Source: a virus (taxonomy: Duplodnaviria; Caudoviricetes). Taken from it: DNA of 56,448 bases. The stretch covers positions 1-56,448 of IMG/VR virus record IMGVR_UViG_3300046804_006442. One strand, 5' to 3'. Every line of letters begins with the position of its first letter. The first letter of the stretch is position 1. The notes beneath the pieces were generated by a model. It was not told the origin of the DNA. It saw nothing but the letters and a program-made list of their open reading frames with translations, and did no database searches. Positions 43,130 through 52,192 of the stretch are shown here, piece after piece. The translations under genes were made by a program, and so were the position numbers.

Positions 43130-43597
43130 ATGGGTTTGGACATGTATCTCAATGGTAAGCGGTTTCTCAGCGAGTATTTCCACAAGGGTGACGACGGGAT
43201 CAAACAGACCGTGGGCCAGCTATTTCCCGAGCTCGCGGCCATGCAGACCGGTCGTGATGAGGGCCTGGTCAAACAAATCGAGATCGAGGCCGGCTATTGG
43301 CGCAAGGCCAACCAGATCCATGCGTGGTTCGTGCGGAACGTGCAGGATGGCCGGGACGAATGTCAACCGCATCATGTAGAACGCGATCAGCTGCGCGAGC
43401 TCCGAGATACCTGCCAGCGGGTTCTAGACGATCATGCCCTTGCCCAAGAGCTCCTACCCGCGCAGTCAGGGTTCTTTTTTGGCGGCACCGATTACGACGA
43501 ATGGTATTTCCGGGATCTGGAGAACACGATCAAGATCATCGATCAGTGTCTGGCTCTGCCCCGGGACTGGTCTTTCGAATACTGTTCCAGCTGGTAG
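43130..43597 (+). CDS. conserved phage hypothetical protein
   Basis: MGLDMYL, YWRKANQIH.WF, GFFFG.TDYDEWY, Y.SSW. Confidence 0.85.
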   Translation: MGLDMYLNGKRFLSEYFHKGDDGIKQTVGQLFPELAAMQTGRDEGLVKQIEIEAGYWRKANQIHAWFVRNVQDGRDECQPHHVERDQLRELRDTCQRVLDDHALAQELLPAQSGFFFGGTDYDEWYFRDLENTIKIIDQCLALPRDWSFEYCSSW

Positions 43598-43604
43598 ATC
43601 TACC

Positions 43605-44168
43605 ATGACCCGGATCCGAAGTGACAGCCATGGTTTGTATGTGAGGACCAACGGGTCTGTGTATCGACCCGTTGAAACACCTTGGTCCTATTACGTTACC
43701 CAGGCCGCGGTGCAGGGTATCACGCAGTTTGCCGAGGGCGAAGAGATCAAAGTCAGTCATGTGACTGGTTCACCCTTTGCACGTCTGCGTGGCGCGGATA
43801 CCAGGGATTTTTCAAATCGTGTGGAATTGTGGCATAGTCATGGTTGCTATTACGATGATCAGGGCAAGATCCGCAAAAGTGATGAACTTTGGGAACCCAA
43901 AGCTGAAGCCGCAGTTCGCAGCGTCCCGGTTACAGAAAGTATACGCTATCAGCATGGCCCATATTATCGTGTTCCGGACTATTGGCTGCAATTCATAGAA
44001 TCGGTCAAGCGCGATAATCCAAACATGCGTCTGCCCTTGAATATACACCATATAAACGAGTATCTGGTGCCATACAATGGTAGAATTATCGAAGAAGGCT
44101 ATGTCAGCTGGACTTTGATTTTTGAATCACAACGAGATTTCGCTTTCTTTTTATTGAGGTTTGCATAA
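43605..44168 (+). CDS. hypothetical protein (possible two-domain fusion)
   Basis: Ends FESQRDFAFFLLRFA. Confidence 0.65.
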   Translation: MTRIRSDSHGLYVRTNGSVYRPVETPWSYYVTQAAVQGITQFAEGEEIKVSHVTGSPFARLRGADTRDFSNRVELWHSHGCYYDDQGKIRKSDELWEPKAEAAVRSVPVTESIRYQHGPYYRVPDYWLQFIESVKRDNPNMRLPLNIHHINEYLVPYNGRIIEEGYVSWTLIFESQRDFAFFLLRFA

Positions 44169-44611
44169 TGACAGAAGAACTTAAACCCTGGATCGAAAAC
44201 GTGGCCGCGTCTGATGTGCCGCAAGGTTTTCATCATGACTGCGGTGCCAATGCCATGCTGATCCAGATCCGCGATCCCCGCAGCAAGTGGTGGCCCCAAC
44301 CACGGCATCAATTCCGGGAAATACACCAGTTTGAATTCCTGGATGCTGACTGGAAGGATGGCTTCCCGGAAGCGGACAAGATCCAGCCGGATCAGGCCCG
44401 GACCATCGTGGTGCTATTGCAGCATGCCCTGGCTCACAACATGAACGTGGTGGTGCACTGCATGGCCGGCGTCTGCAGATCGGGTGCTGTGGCCGAAGTA
44501 GGCGTCATGATGGGTTTCCGTGATGTGGGTCGCATGCGTATACCCAACATCCGGGTCAAGAAGATGATGATGCAAGAACTGGGATGGACCTATGACGAAG
44601 AAACGGTTTAA
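44168..44611 (+). CDS. Cys-based (PTP/dual-specificity) phosphatase
   Basis: VHCMAGVCRS CX5R motif. Confidence 0.85.
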   Translation: MTEELKPWIENVAASDVPQGFHHDCGANAMLIQIRDPRSKWWPQPRHQFREIHQFEFLDADWKDGFPEADKIQPDQARTIVVLLQHALAHNMNVVVHCMAGVCRSGAVAEVGVMMGFRDVGRMRIPNIRVKKMMMQELGWTYDEETV

Positions 44612-44819
44612 GCGCCCCCCGCAGTGGTTCCTGATCCGGACCTGGCAATTCCTGCATCGGCGGGTCAGCCACTCGGATGATCGCTATCCCAACGTCCGCC
44701 GGCGCTGGCTCAGGGCCATGCAGAGGTTCAACGATCATCACTTTGCCGAGCGTGGGCTAAGATACCGGAGGACCACTGCTCGTTTCGTCAATCGCTATAC
44801 CGCGCACCGCTGGATGTGA
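44592..44819 (+). CDS. basic hypothetical protein
   Basis: Operon overlap. Confidence 0.5.
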   Translation: MTKKRFKRPPQWFLIRTWQFLHRRVSHSDDRYPNVRRRWLRAMQRFNDHHFAERGLRYRRTTARFVNRYTAHRWM

Positions 44820-45196
44820 ACATGTCCCGAGATTCCCGTTACAGGTTTTTTGATCGGCACATGACCAACAAACATGGCCGTACCTGGGGCCATGTGCACG
44901 AAGATTGCCGTGATGCCATTTTCAACTATCTGGTGCATGGTTATGAACCCGGTGGTTTCTTGACTGCGGTCATCACCAATGATCTCCGGCGCGCAGCCTG
45001 CGTGGCCGATTTCGAAAACATCGAGCGCCTGGGACATGTGGCGCGGTTCGTCGCGCATGCCCTGCCCGAGATCTGCACCGGTAGCTGGAACGCCATGTCA
45101 TACTGGATGCAGCTCAGCGAGCGTGAACGTGAAGAGATACTGATCGAAGTCCGTTTGCTGCCCACTTTGTTTGATGTGATCAAGGATCCCTATTGA
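44816..45196 (+). CDS. conserved phage hypothetical protein
   Basis: YLVHG.EPGGFLTAV..NDL..A...AD..N. Confidence 0.75.
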   Translation: MNMSRDSRYRFFDRHMTNKHGRTWGHVHEDCRDAIFNYLVHGYEPGGFLTAVITNDLRRAACVADFENIERLGHVARFVAHALPEICTGSWNAMSYWMQLSEREREEILIEVRLLPTLFDVIKDPY

Positions 45197-45227
45197 CCTG
45201 TGTGGATACATCTGCTACAATACAGGG

Positions 45228-45800
45228 ATGAAAACTACATTCTTGATCGGTGATACGCATTTTGGACACGCCAATATCTGCCGTTTTCCGGCCTCAGACG
45301 GTCGCGGAAAACTACGTCCCTGGGATGACGTGGCAGACATGGACGAGGCCATGGTCGAAAAATACAATGCCAAGGTCGGACCAAATGACAAATGTTATTT
45401 CCTAGGTGATGTGTGTATCAACCGAAGAGCCCTGCCTATACTGGGTCGTCTCAACGGCGACAAGGTCCTGATCAAGGGCAATCATGACATCTTCAATCTA
45501 GCCGACTATGCGCCCTACTTCCGGGATATCCGGGCCTATCATGTCATGAATGGCATGATCCTGAGCCATATCCCGGTGCATGAATCGGCACTGTATCGCT
45601 TTGGTGCCAACATACACGGTCACCTGCATGACAAGCGAGTCATGCTGGCCGACGGTAGCGGGATCGATCCACGCTATATTACCGTGAGCGTGGAGCAGAC
45701 CGACTATGCGCCCATCAGCTTGGATGAAGTGCAGGATCGTATCCGGGCCCAGGGTGGGGTAGTAGGTTTCCGTAATGGCAATGGACCACAGGTGGACTAG
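45228..45800 (+). CDS. calcineurin-like metallophosphoesterase
   Basis: GDTHFGH, LGD, GNHD, LSH.P, HGHLH. Confidence 0.9.
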   Translation: MKTTFLIGDTHFGHANICRFPASDGRGKLRPWDDVADMDEAMVEKYNAKVGPNDKCYFLGDVCINRRALPILGRLNGDKVLIKGNHDIFNLADYAPYFRDIRAYHVMNGMILSHIPVHESALYRFGANIHGHLHDKRVMLADGSGIDPRYITVSVEQTDYAPISLDEVQDRIRAQGGVVGFRNGNGPQVD

Positions 45801-45801
45801 C

Positions 45802-46029
45802 ATGAGATCTGCACATAGAAAACATGGTGATCAACTGCCCTGGCGGATTCGTTTCGCTTGGTTTCCGGTATATATCTATGACTCCCATGAAGAACGCTGG
45901 TACTCGGTATGGTGGGAACGCTATACCGAACAGCGTACTTGGATAGTCAAAGAACGTCCTACCAAGTTTGGTTACCACATAACCTGCGGTGCGTGGGAAG
46001 TACAACGCAAGATGATAAAGAAATGCTAA
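45802..46029 (+). CDS. hypothetical protein
   Basis: FAWFPV..VWWE. Confidence 0.6.
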   Translation: MRSAHRKHGDQLPWRIRFAWFPVYIYDSHEERWYSVWWERYTEQRTWIVKERPTKFGYHITCGAWEVQRKMIKKC

Positions 46030-46149
46030 TGGGTGGCTACCGACCCAGGCCTCTGCTATGTACGCTGAATGGGGTGGGGTGATTAGTTATAATCGAGCCG
46101 CGATAACCTGATGATCGCACCGGATACGGTAACCGGTAAATACCCAGTT

Positions 46150-46347
46150 ATGACTTTGGCACAATTCATGATTATGTTATTGGTGTTGGGGGCGGTTGGC
46201 CCAGATGCCGGCGCCTATCAAGTGCGTCGAGTCTGCGAGGAAGTCATGACCAAACAAGGTCGTAAAGAGTATTGTCGAACCGTGTTAGACAACAGCGTCA
46301 AACCCGTGGATGAGAAAGACAAAAAGGACAAAGCAAAAAATAAATAG
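46150..46347 (+). CDS. small exported protein
   Basis: Signal-like N-terminus, C..C. Confidence 0.55.
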   Translation: MTLAQFMIMLLVLGAVGPDAGAYQVRRVCEEVMTKQGRKEYCRTVLDNSVKPVDEKDKKDKAKNK

Positions 46348-46482
46348 AAATATGCTGTGCGGGGGTAAGCCCCAGGTGGCGCTGGTTTTCTATCTGCCTG
46401 AAGGTTGTTGCCGTGAAAGACGCAAGGTCAGTCGCAGACATCACACGCCCCGGCGGTTGCGACATATATTTGGGAGTTTGAT

Positions 46483-46617
46483 ATGCCAGATGATGATGTA
46501 AGAGCCAGAGTCAGCGTACAAACACCTTGGTTCAAATTGTTTGTGGACCGGATAGACTGGAAAGAGGTCGTGGTAGTAGGCATGGTGTTGTTGACCATAG
46601 TTTATTTGGTCCGGTAA
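46483..46617 (+). CDS. small membrane protein (44 aa)
   Basis: GGGAG SD; hand-translated, C-terminal TM segment. Confidence 0.5.
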   Translation: MPDDDVRARVSVQTPWFKLFVDRIDWKEVVVVGMVLLTIVYLVR

Positions 46618-46910
46618 GAATTGCTGTATGAAGCAGATCCAAAGACGGACAAGACAGGGGTTCGACTCCCCTCCAGTCCACCAGAAAGTATACTGCATAG
46701 GTTTTTGCGGATGGCGCCATCCAACACAATTCAGTAGTATACTTTCTAATGGGCTGGTCATGGTATCGATTGACGGACAAGTAGACGAGTGGACAGCAGG
46801 GTAGGCGAAGACCCTAAATCTAGCGAAACTATAGACGCTAACGACGATCTATTCGCACAGGCCGCGTAAAACCGGCTGCTGAGGCAGGAATGCCAAGAAA
46901 CAGAAAATCC
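46618..46910 (+). ncRNA. ssrA: two-piece (circularly permuted) tmRNA, tag ANDDLFAQAA
   Basis: T-arm + CCAGTCCACCA (ends 46683) precede GGGCTGG (46751; G3-U70); tag ORF 46837-46869; intervening long stem. Confidence 0.9.
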
Positions 46911-46912
46911 AG

Positions 46913-46940
46913 AAATAGGCTCTTCGGAGCCTATTTTTTT
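46913..46940 (+). terminator. intrinsic terminator
   Basis: AAATAGGCTC-TTCG-GAGCCTATTTTTTT. Confidence 0.9.
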
Positions 46941-46990
46941 GACAACAGATCCCGTGGATAGTAAAATTGTTCTTTGAGAAAGGAAATCTT

Positions 46991-47527
46991 ATGCCCTATT
47001 TTGCACCTGACAACGTGACCTTTGCCTTCAGGCAAGGAGATGAAGCCCCCGCGGGTGGTGGTTGCCCCATCGGTGGTGAGTTTGTTTACCGAACCAGCCG
47101 AGAACTGTTTGGCGGTAAACGTGTGATCGTGTTTAGCCTACCCGGCGCTTTCACACCCACCTGCAGCACCTACCAACTGCCCGGCTTTGAAGAACGCTAT
47201 GATGAGTTCCGGGCTCGCGGCATCGACGAGATCTATTGTTGCAGCGTCAACGATGCTTTTGTCATGAACGCCTGGGCCCAGCAGCTGGGTATCCAGAAGG
47301 TCAAGATGCTGCCCGATGGCAATGGTGACTTCACGCGCCTCATGGGCATGCTGGTCAGCAAAAGCCAGCTGGGTTTCGGTCAGCGCAGCCATCGTTATGC
47401 CATGATCCTTACCGACATGGTACGCGAGAAATTGTTCGTGGAACCCGGACGCGAAGACAATTTCGGCAGCGATCCCTATGGGGAGAGCAGCCCAGAAAAC
47501 GTCCTGAAGTATCTCCAGTCGCAGTAA
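46991..47527 (+). CDS. peroxiredoxin (Prx5-like)
   Basis: LPGAFTPTCS, SVNDAFVM, PDGNG.F, RS.RYAM. Confidence 0.92.
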   Translation: MPYFAPDNVTFAFRQGDEAPAGGGCPIGGEFVYRTSRELFGGKRVIVFSLPGAFTPTCSTYQLPGFEERYDEFRARGIDEIYCCSVNDAFVMNAWAQQLGIQKVKMLPDGNGDFTRLMGMLVSKSQLGFGQRSHRYAMILTDMVREKLFVEPGREDNFGSDPYGESSPENVLKYLQSQ

Positions 47528-47529
47528 TG

Positions 47530-47553
47530 AAAAGCCCGCAACAGCGGGCTTTT
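47530..47553. terminator. bidirectional terminator between convergent genes
   Basis: AAAAGCCCGC..GCGGGCTTTT. Confidence 0.8.
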
Positions 47554-47826
47554 CTATTTGTATCCTATGCGATTGAGTATGTTGATGGCCCGGCGCCGCA
47601 GCTGATCCTCAAACTCGCTTTCGTTCAGCACACCCTTGGCCAGATTGCATTTGCGGCAGGTGACCTGCAGATTGGCCAGGCTGGTCGCCCCACCTCGAGC
47701 TTCGGGTATGACATGGTCCAAGTGGATCTCCTGGCCCACTAGATCTTCACCGCAATAGACACAGCGAGGCCCATCGCGTTCGATCACCATGCGGCGTAGA
47801 TTGGTTGGTATGCGGGCTTTGGGCAT
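47554..47826 (-). CDS. small HNH endonuclease
   Basis: RD..CVYCG..DHVIP..GG....NL..C..CN.AK. Confidence 0.9.
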   Translation of the reverse strand: MPKARIPTNLRRMVIERDGPRCVYCGEDLVGQEIHLDHVIPEARGGATSLANLQVTCRKCNLAKGVLNESEFEDQLRRRAINILNRIGYK

Positions 47827-47908
47827 CAGGTATTTACTCGGAGTAAATAGCGTTGACGTTCAAAAGCGGTTGTCGTATAATAGAAAATACTCACTACCAG
47901 GAGCCACC

Positions 47909-48088
47909 ATGCAATGTCAATTCATCTCTTCGCGCCAAGTGGGTGGGCGTAATCTCAAGCTATTCCGCATCGGCGAATATCAATACGAGATCTGTGAGCT
48001 ATTGCTGGGTGAATTCCGGCGCATCCGCTTGCTGATCGGGGTGGATTACGATGGTGCGCAAGCGGCTCTTGCTGCGGAACGCGGATAA
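47909..48088 (+). CDS. hypothetical protein
   Basis: AGGAG SD after TTGACG..TATAAT. Confidence 0.65.
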   Translation: MQCQFISSRQVGGRNLKLFRIGEYQYEICELLLGEFRRIRLLIGVDYDGAQAALAAERG

Positions 48089-48127
48089 TTCCCTGCAGAA
48101 TCAAGCACTTAGCACGCCTATACACAG

Positions 48128-48160
48128 GTTGACCAAAAACGCCAATTCCGGTATAATAGC
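48128..48160 (+). promoter_or_regulatory. repeated early-type promoter
   Basis: GGTTGACC-17 nt-TATAAT. Confidence 0.7.
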
Positions 48161-48185
48161 TCTATACTAACAGAACGGAGCAGGT

Positions 48186-48512
48186 ATGCAAACTCGTGAA
48201 TTGGAACGCGCAAAGGCACCCTGGGCCTGGGTAGCAGCCCGCGATGCTCGCCAGCGCAGCCTTGCAGCCCAGAGCCATTATACCCAGGCCCAGCAGGTTG
48301 CTGCCGAACGCATGCGCCTGGTCTTGGAATGTGTCTACGCCAACCGTAAGACCTACGTAACATACCGCCAGAAATTCATCTCGGTCAAGGTAGAGGCTGC
48401 CTTGGTTCGCGATCGTCGTGCTCTGCGAGAAATGGAAACTGAATGGGCCCAGCTGGGCTACGAAAAACTCGTTACAGATCAAGGGGTTACCTACCGTATC
48501 CCGCGCCAATAA
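48186..48512 (+). CDS. hypothetical protein
   Basis: GGAG SD. Confidence 0.75.
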   Translation: MQTRELERAKAPWAWVAARDARQRSLAAQSHYTQAQQVAAERMRLVLECVYANRKTYVTYRQKFISVKVEAALVRDRRALREMETEWAQLGYEKLVTDQGVTYRIPRQ

Positions 48513-48573
48513 TTCAGTTGACCAGAAATGCAGGTCACGCTACAATAGTCCTACACTAACAAACGGAGCACAA

Positions 48574-48768
48574 ATGAACAAGTTCGCGCAGCAAGTCCGC
48601 CAAGTCATCAATAGCCTGGATGCCGAGCACCGCACCGTGGTCGCTGACAGCCTGAGCTTCAGCGATGGCACCCTGGCCAGTTTTGAACTGGAGCTCACTG
48701 CGGCGCGCTGGGAGCATCCGGCCCTGCCGGTTGAAGAAATCATGCAGCAAGTCCTGGTTGACCAGTAA
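48574..48768 (+). CDS. hypothetical protein
   Basis: GGAG SD after GTTGACC..TACAAT promoter. Confidence 0.7.
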   Translation: MNKFAQQVRQVINSLDAEHRTVVADSLSFSDGTLASFELELTAARWEHPALPVEEIMQQVLVDQ

Positions 48769-48825
48769 TCTCAACCCCCATATAATAGCATCACGTTCGT
48801 TACATAACCAAGAAAGGAAAGCCCT

Positions 48826-49911
48826 ATGTCTGACAATCGCACTGTTACTTCAATCGGCGCCCACAAGGCCATCCGCAAATGTTTCAACAAGAAACGCCCG
48901 CTGTTCCTCTGGGGTCCGCCCGGCATCGGCAAGTCCGACGTGGTCGCCGAGATCACGCAGGAGATGGGTGGTTTCATGATCGACCTGCGCCTGGGTCAGA
49001 TGGATCCCACTGATATCCGTGGTATCCCGTTCTACAACAAAGACACCGGCTTGATGGACTGGGCTCCGCCCGTGGACCTGCCGAACGCTGAGCTGGCTGC
49101 TCAGTATCCTATTATCGTCCTGTTCATGGACGAGATGAACTCGGCTGCCCCGGCCGTGCAGGCTGCGGCATATCAGCTGGTGCTGAATCGCCGGATCGGC
49201 AAGTATCGCCTGCCCGACAACGTGGTCATGATCGCTGCTGGTAACCGTGAGTCGGACAAGGGCGTCACGTTCCGTATGCCGACCCCGCTGGCCAATCGTT
49301 TCGTGCACATCGAAATGCGCCCGGATTTCGCTGCCTGGCAGGAATGGGCTGTGAAGAACCAGGTCCACAAGGACGTGGTGGGTTACCTGACCTTTGCCAA
49401 ACAGGACCTGTATGACTTTGATGCCAAGAGCTCGAGCCGTGCATTTGCCACGCCGCGCAGCTGGTGCTTCGTCAGCAATCTCCTGGAAGACGAGGACATG
49501 GACGATGTCACTGCTACCGACTTGATCGCTGGCACTGTGGGCGAAGGCCTGGCTGTGAAGTTCATGCAGCATCGCAAGATCGCGGGTCGCTTGCCCAAGC
49601 CCGAAGACATCCTGGCTGGCAAGGAGAAGGATCTCAAGGTCAAGGAAGTGTCGGCGATGTATTCGCTGGTGATTTCCATGTGCTACGAGCTCAAGAACGC
49701 TGTGGATACCAAGGTCGCTGACAAAGAGTTCCACGCCATGTCCGATAACTTCTTCGGCTACATGATGAAGAACTTCGAGACCGAGCTGGTGATCATGGGT
49801 GCGCGGATCGCGCTTACCACGTATAACCTGCCGTTCCAGCCCACCAAGTTGAAGAACTTCAACGAGTTCCACGACAAATACGGCAAGTATATCCTCCAGG
49901 CCAACTCGTAA
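48826..49911 (+). CDS. MoxR-like AAA+ ATPase
   Basis: GPPGIGKS, LFMDEMN, AAGNR, PLANRF, ATPRSW. Confidence 0.92.
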   Translation: MSDNRTVTSIGAHKAIRKCFNKKRPLFLWGPPGIGKSDVVAEITQEMGGFMIDLRLGQMDPTDIRGIPFYNKDTGLMDWAPPVDLPNAELAAQYPIIVLFMDEMNSAAPAVQAAAYQLVLNRRIGKYRLPDNVVMIAAGNRESDKGVTFRMPTPLANRFVHIEMRPDFAAWQEWAVKNQVHKDVVGYLTFAKQDLYDFDAKSSSRAFATPRSWCFVSNLLEDEDMDDVTATDLIAGTVGEGLAVKFMQHRKIAGRLPKPEDILAGKEKDLKVKEVSAMYSLVISMCYELKNAVDTKVADKEFHAMSDNFFGYMMKNFETELVIMGARIALTTYNLPFQPTKLKNFNEFHDKYGKYILQANS

Positions 49912-49956
49912 TTGGCTACACGGGGTCGGATCAGACGCGAAAGCGGACATAGGGCT

Positions 49957-50199
49957 ATGTCAGATCCGACCCCTTCTTTTACCTGTGTCTGCAAAGAATG
50001 GCGGCCCTATAGCTACTCGGGAGTCCGCAATACCTTGGAGAACACTCACAAAGAGTTTGGGTTTATCAACCGACAAAAATGGTATTTCCGGACTCGGGAC
50101 ATACTCGATGATCACGGATCGCTCGTGGGTTATGCCATAGATTTTTACTTTTCCAATCCGCACGATGCTATGATTTTCGCCCTTAAATATCTAGAATGA
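49957..50199 (+). CDS. small hypothetical protein
   Basis: Ends FSNPHDAMIFALKY. Confidence 0.6.
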   Translation: MSDPTPSFTCVCKEWRPYSYSGVRNTLENTHKEFGFINRQKWYFRTRDILDDHGSLVGYAIDFYFSNPHDAMIFALKYLE

Positions 50200-50567
50200 A
50201 ATACTCAACACAAAAGCTCGACGGGCGATATAGCTACAACGATCGCTTCCAATACATGGTCGCCTTCCGAGAACGCATGGATCTGGATCAAGGCCCCCTT
50301 GAGTTCAATCGCGCACTGCAATGGTGCATCCAGACCTGGGGTTGGACCGCTGAAGTCCAGCAATATTATGAGATCATACGCTGGGCCCAGGTGTCGATAG
50401 TGCAGACCCAACCTGTACGCTGGGTCAAGACCCCGGATATCAAGCTTCCCCCGGAGTGCAATCCCTGTTGGACCTGGAGCAATGGTTTCGATGACCTGCG
50501 TATCTACTTGAAAAGCGGGGCAGAATTAGCGTTTTTCCAGCTGGCGCACCCGGTTGACCAGAAATAA
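50196..50567 (+). CDS. hypothetical protein
   Basis: ATGA-coupled; RIYL...ELAFFQL. Confidence 0.7.
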   Translation: MKYSTQKLDGRYSYNDRFQYMVAFRERMDLDQGPLEFNRALQWCIQTWGWTAEVQQYYEIIRWAQVSIVQTQPVRWVKTPDIKLPPECNPCWTWSNGFDDLRIYLKSGAELAFFQLAHPVDQK

Positions 50568-50606
50568 CGATTCCCGTATAATACTGAAACAATGCAAGGA
50601 GCCCAT

Positions 50607-51935
50607 ATGTCATACAATTTGCAAAATCGTTCCAACGTGCTGCATGCTGCGGTCAAAGGCACCCAGAACAAAGATGACGCCAAACGTTTCGCTAACCTGA
50701 TCGGTCCCATGGATCCCAAACTGGACCGTGAAGTGCGCGAGCTACTGGTCACTGCCCGCGTGGGTATGCTACTCAAGTCCAGCTTCTTTGGTAACTTGGC
50801 CACGCGGCTCAAGTTGGTCAATGCCGACGAGTGGTGCGCGACCGCTGCCACAGATGGTCGTCACTTCTACTACAATACCCGCTTCATCAAAATGCTGCGA
50901 CCCCGTGAGATCGAATTCCTGTTCGGACATGAGGTCCTGCACTGCGTTTATGACCACTTTGGTCGCCGCGGTGATCGCGATCCCCAGATCTGGAATTGCG
51001 CCAATGACTTCTGCGTCAACGGTGACCTCAAGAAACACAAGGTCGGTGAGTTCATCACTTCGGTGCCGTGCCTGTATGACGACAAGTATGATGGCATGAG
51101 CTCGGAGCAGGTCTACGATGATCTCATGAAGAATGTGCAACAGATCACCCTGGACCAGCTGCTGGATAAACTGCTGGACGATCACCTGGACGGCGATGAC
51201 GACAGCGACGGCGGTGGCGACCAAGACGGCGAGGGCAAAGAAGGCAAAGGCAAGGGCCGTCCCAAACTCAGCGAAGAAGAAAAACAACAGATCCGCGATG
51301 AGATCAAGGAGGCTGTGCTCAGCGCGGCCCAGACCTGTAGCGCCGGCGACTTGCCCCTGGGTGTGCGACGCATGATCCAGGACCTAACCGAACCCAAGAT
51401 GAACTGGCGCGAGCTGATCCGCCAGCAGATCCAGAGCACTGTCAAGAGCGACTTTACTTGGATGCGGGCGAGCCGTAAAGGCTGGCACATGGACGCGGTC
51501 ATGCCGGGCATGAAGACCACTGACGCTATCGATATCGTGATCTTCCTGGACATGTCAGGTTCCATCGGTGAGGAACAGGCTCGGGACTTTATCTCCGAGA
51601 TCAAAGGCATCATGGAAACGTTTGAAAACTACCGTATCCATATCGCATGCTTTGATACTGAGGTCTACAACCCGCAACAGTATGACAGCGAAAACCTTGA
51701 GGACATCGCCGAATACCAGCTGGACGGTGGTGGCGGCACCATGTTTGAGTGCATGTTCAAGTATCTCAAGGACCAGAGCATCGAGCCCAAAAAGATGATC
51801 GTGTTCACTGACGGCTACCCCTGCGGCAGCTGGGGTGATCCCAACTACTGCGACACTGTTTGGATCATCCATGGTGATCCCAATCCCAATCCGCCCTTTG
51901 GTGTGTTCGCGCTCTACGACGATCACCGTAACTAG
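50607..51935 (+). CDS. metallopeptidase + vWA domain protein (DUF2201-like)
   Basis: TAATDG, HEVLH (HExxH), DMSGS MIDAS, GGGGT, FTDG. Confidence 0.9.
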   Translation: MSYNLQNRSNVLHAAVKGTQNKDDAKRFANLIGPMDPKLDREVRELLVTARVGMLLKSSFFGNLATRLKLVNADEWCATAATDGRHFYYNTRFIKMLRPREIEFLFGHEVLHCVYDHFGRRGDRDPQIWNCANDFCVNGDLKKHKVGEFITSVPCLYDDKYDGMSSEQVYDDLMKNVQQITLDQLLDKLLDDHLDGDDDSDGGGDQDGEGKEGKGKGRPKLSEEEKQQIRDEIKEAVLSAAQTCSAGDLPLGVRRMIQDLTEPKMNWRELIRQQIQSTVKSDFTWMRASRKGWHMDAVMPGMKTTDAIDIVIFLDMSGSIGEEQARDFISEIKGIMETFENYRIHIACFDTEVYNPQQYDSENLEDIAEYQLDGGGGTMFECMFKYLKDQSIEPKKMIVFTDGYPCGSWGDPNYCDTVWIIHGDPNPNPPFGVFALYDDHRN

Positions 51936-51947
51936 GTTGTCCAAAAT

Positions 51948-51976
51948 AGCCCCGGGATTTATTCCCGGGGCTTTTT
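51948..51976 (+). terminator. intrinsic terminator
   Basis: AGCCCCGGGA/TCCCGGGGCT + T-run. Confidence 0.85.
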
Positions 51977-51994
51977 CTTGGCGTAAATATCTGC

Positions 51995-52192
51995 ATGGAT
52001 ACTCAACTCACAGTGGCTGACATAGCCAACATCAAAACCTTATTGGAAGCTGCATGTGCTCGTGGCGCATTCAGGGCCAATGAAATGAGTCAAGTAGGTA
52101 CCATCTATGACAAGGTAGATCGATTCCTACAGCAAGCTTCGCAACAATCACAGCAATCCGATACACCCACACAAGGAGAACCCAATGCTTAA
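51995..52192 (+). CDS. conserved phage hypothetical protein
   Basis: RGAFRANEM..VG..YDK. Confidence 0.75.
   Translation: MDTQLTVADIANIKTLLEAACARGAFRANEMSQVGTIYDKVDRFLQQASQQSQQSDTPTQGEPNA

Noticed and set aside
48850-49950. 366-aa minus-strand ORF, and similar long antisense ORFs at 6971-7777, 13209-14066, 39277-40089 and 42166-42861
   Set aside because: Antisense shadows of well-supported + strand genes with biased codon usage.
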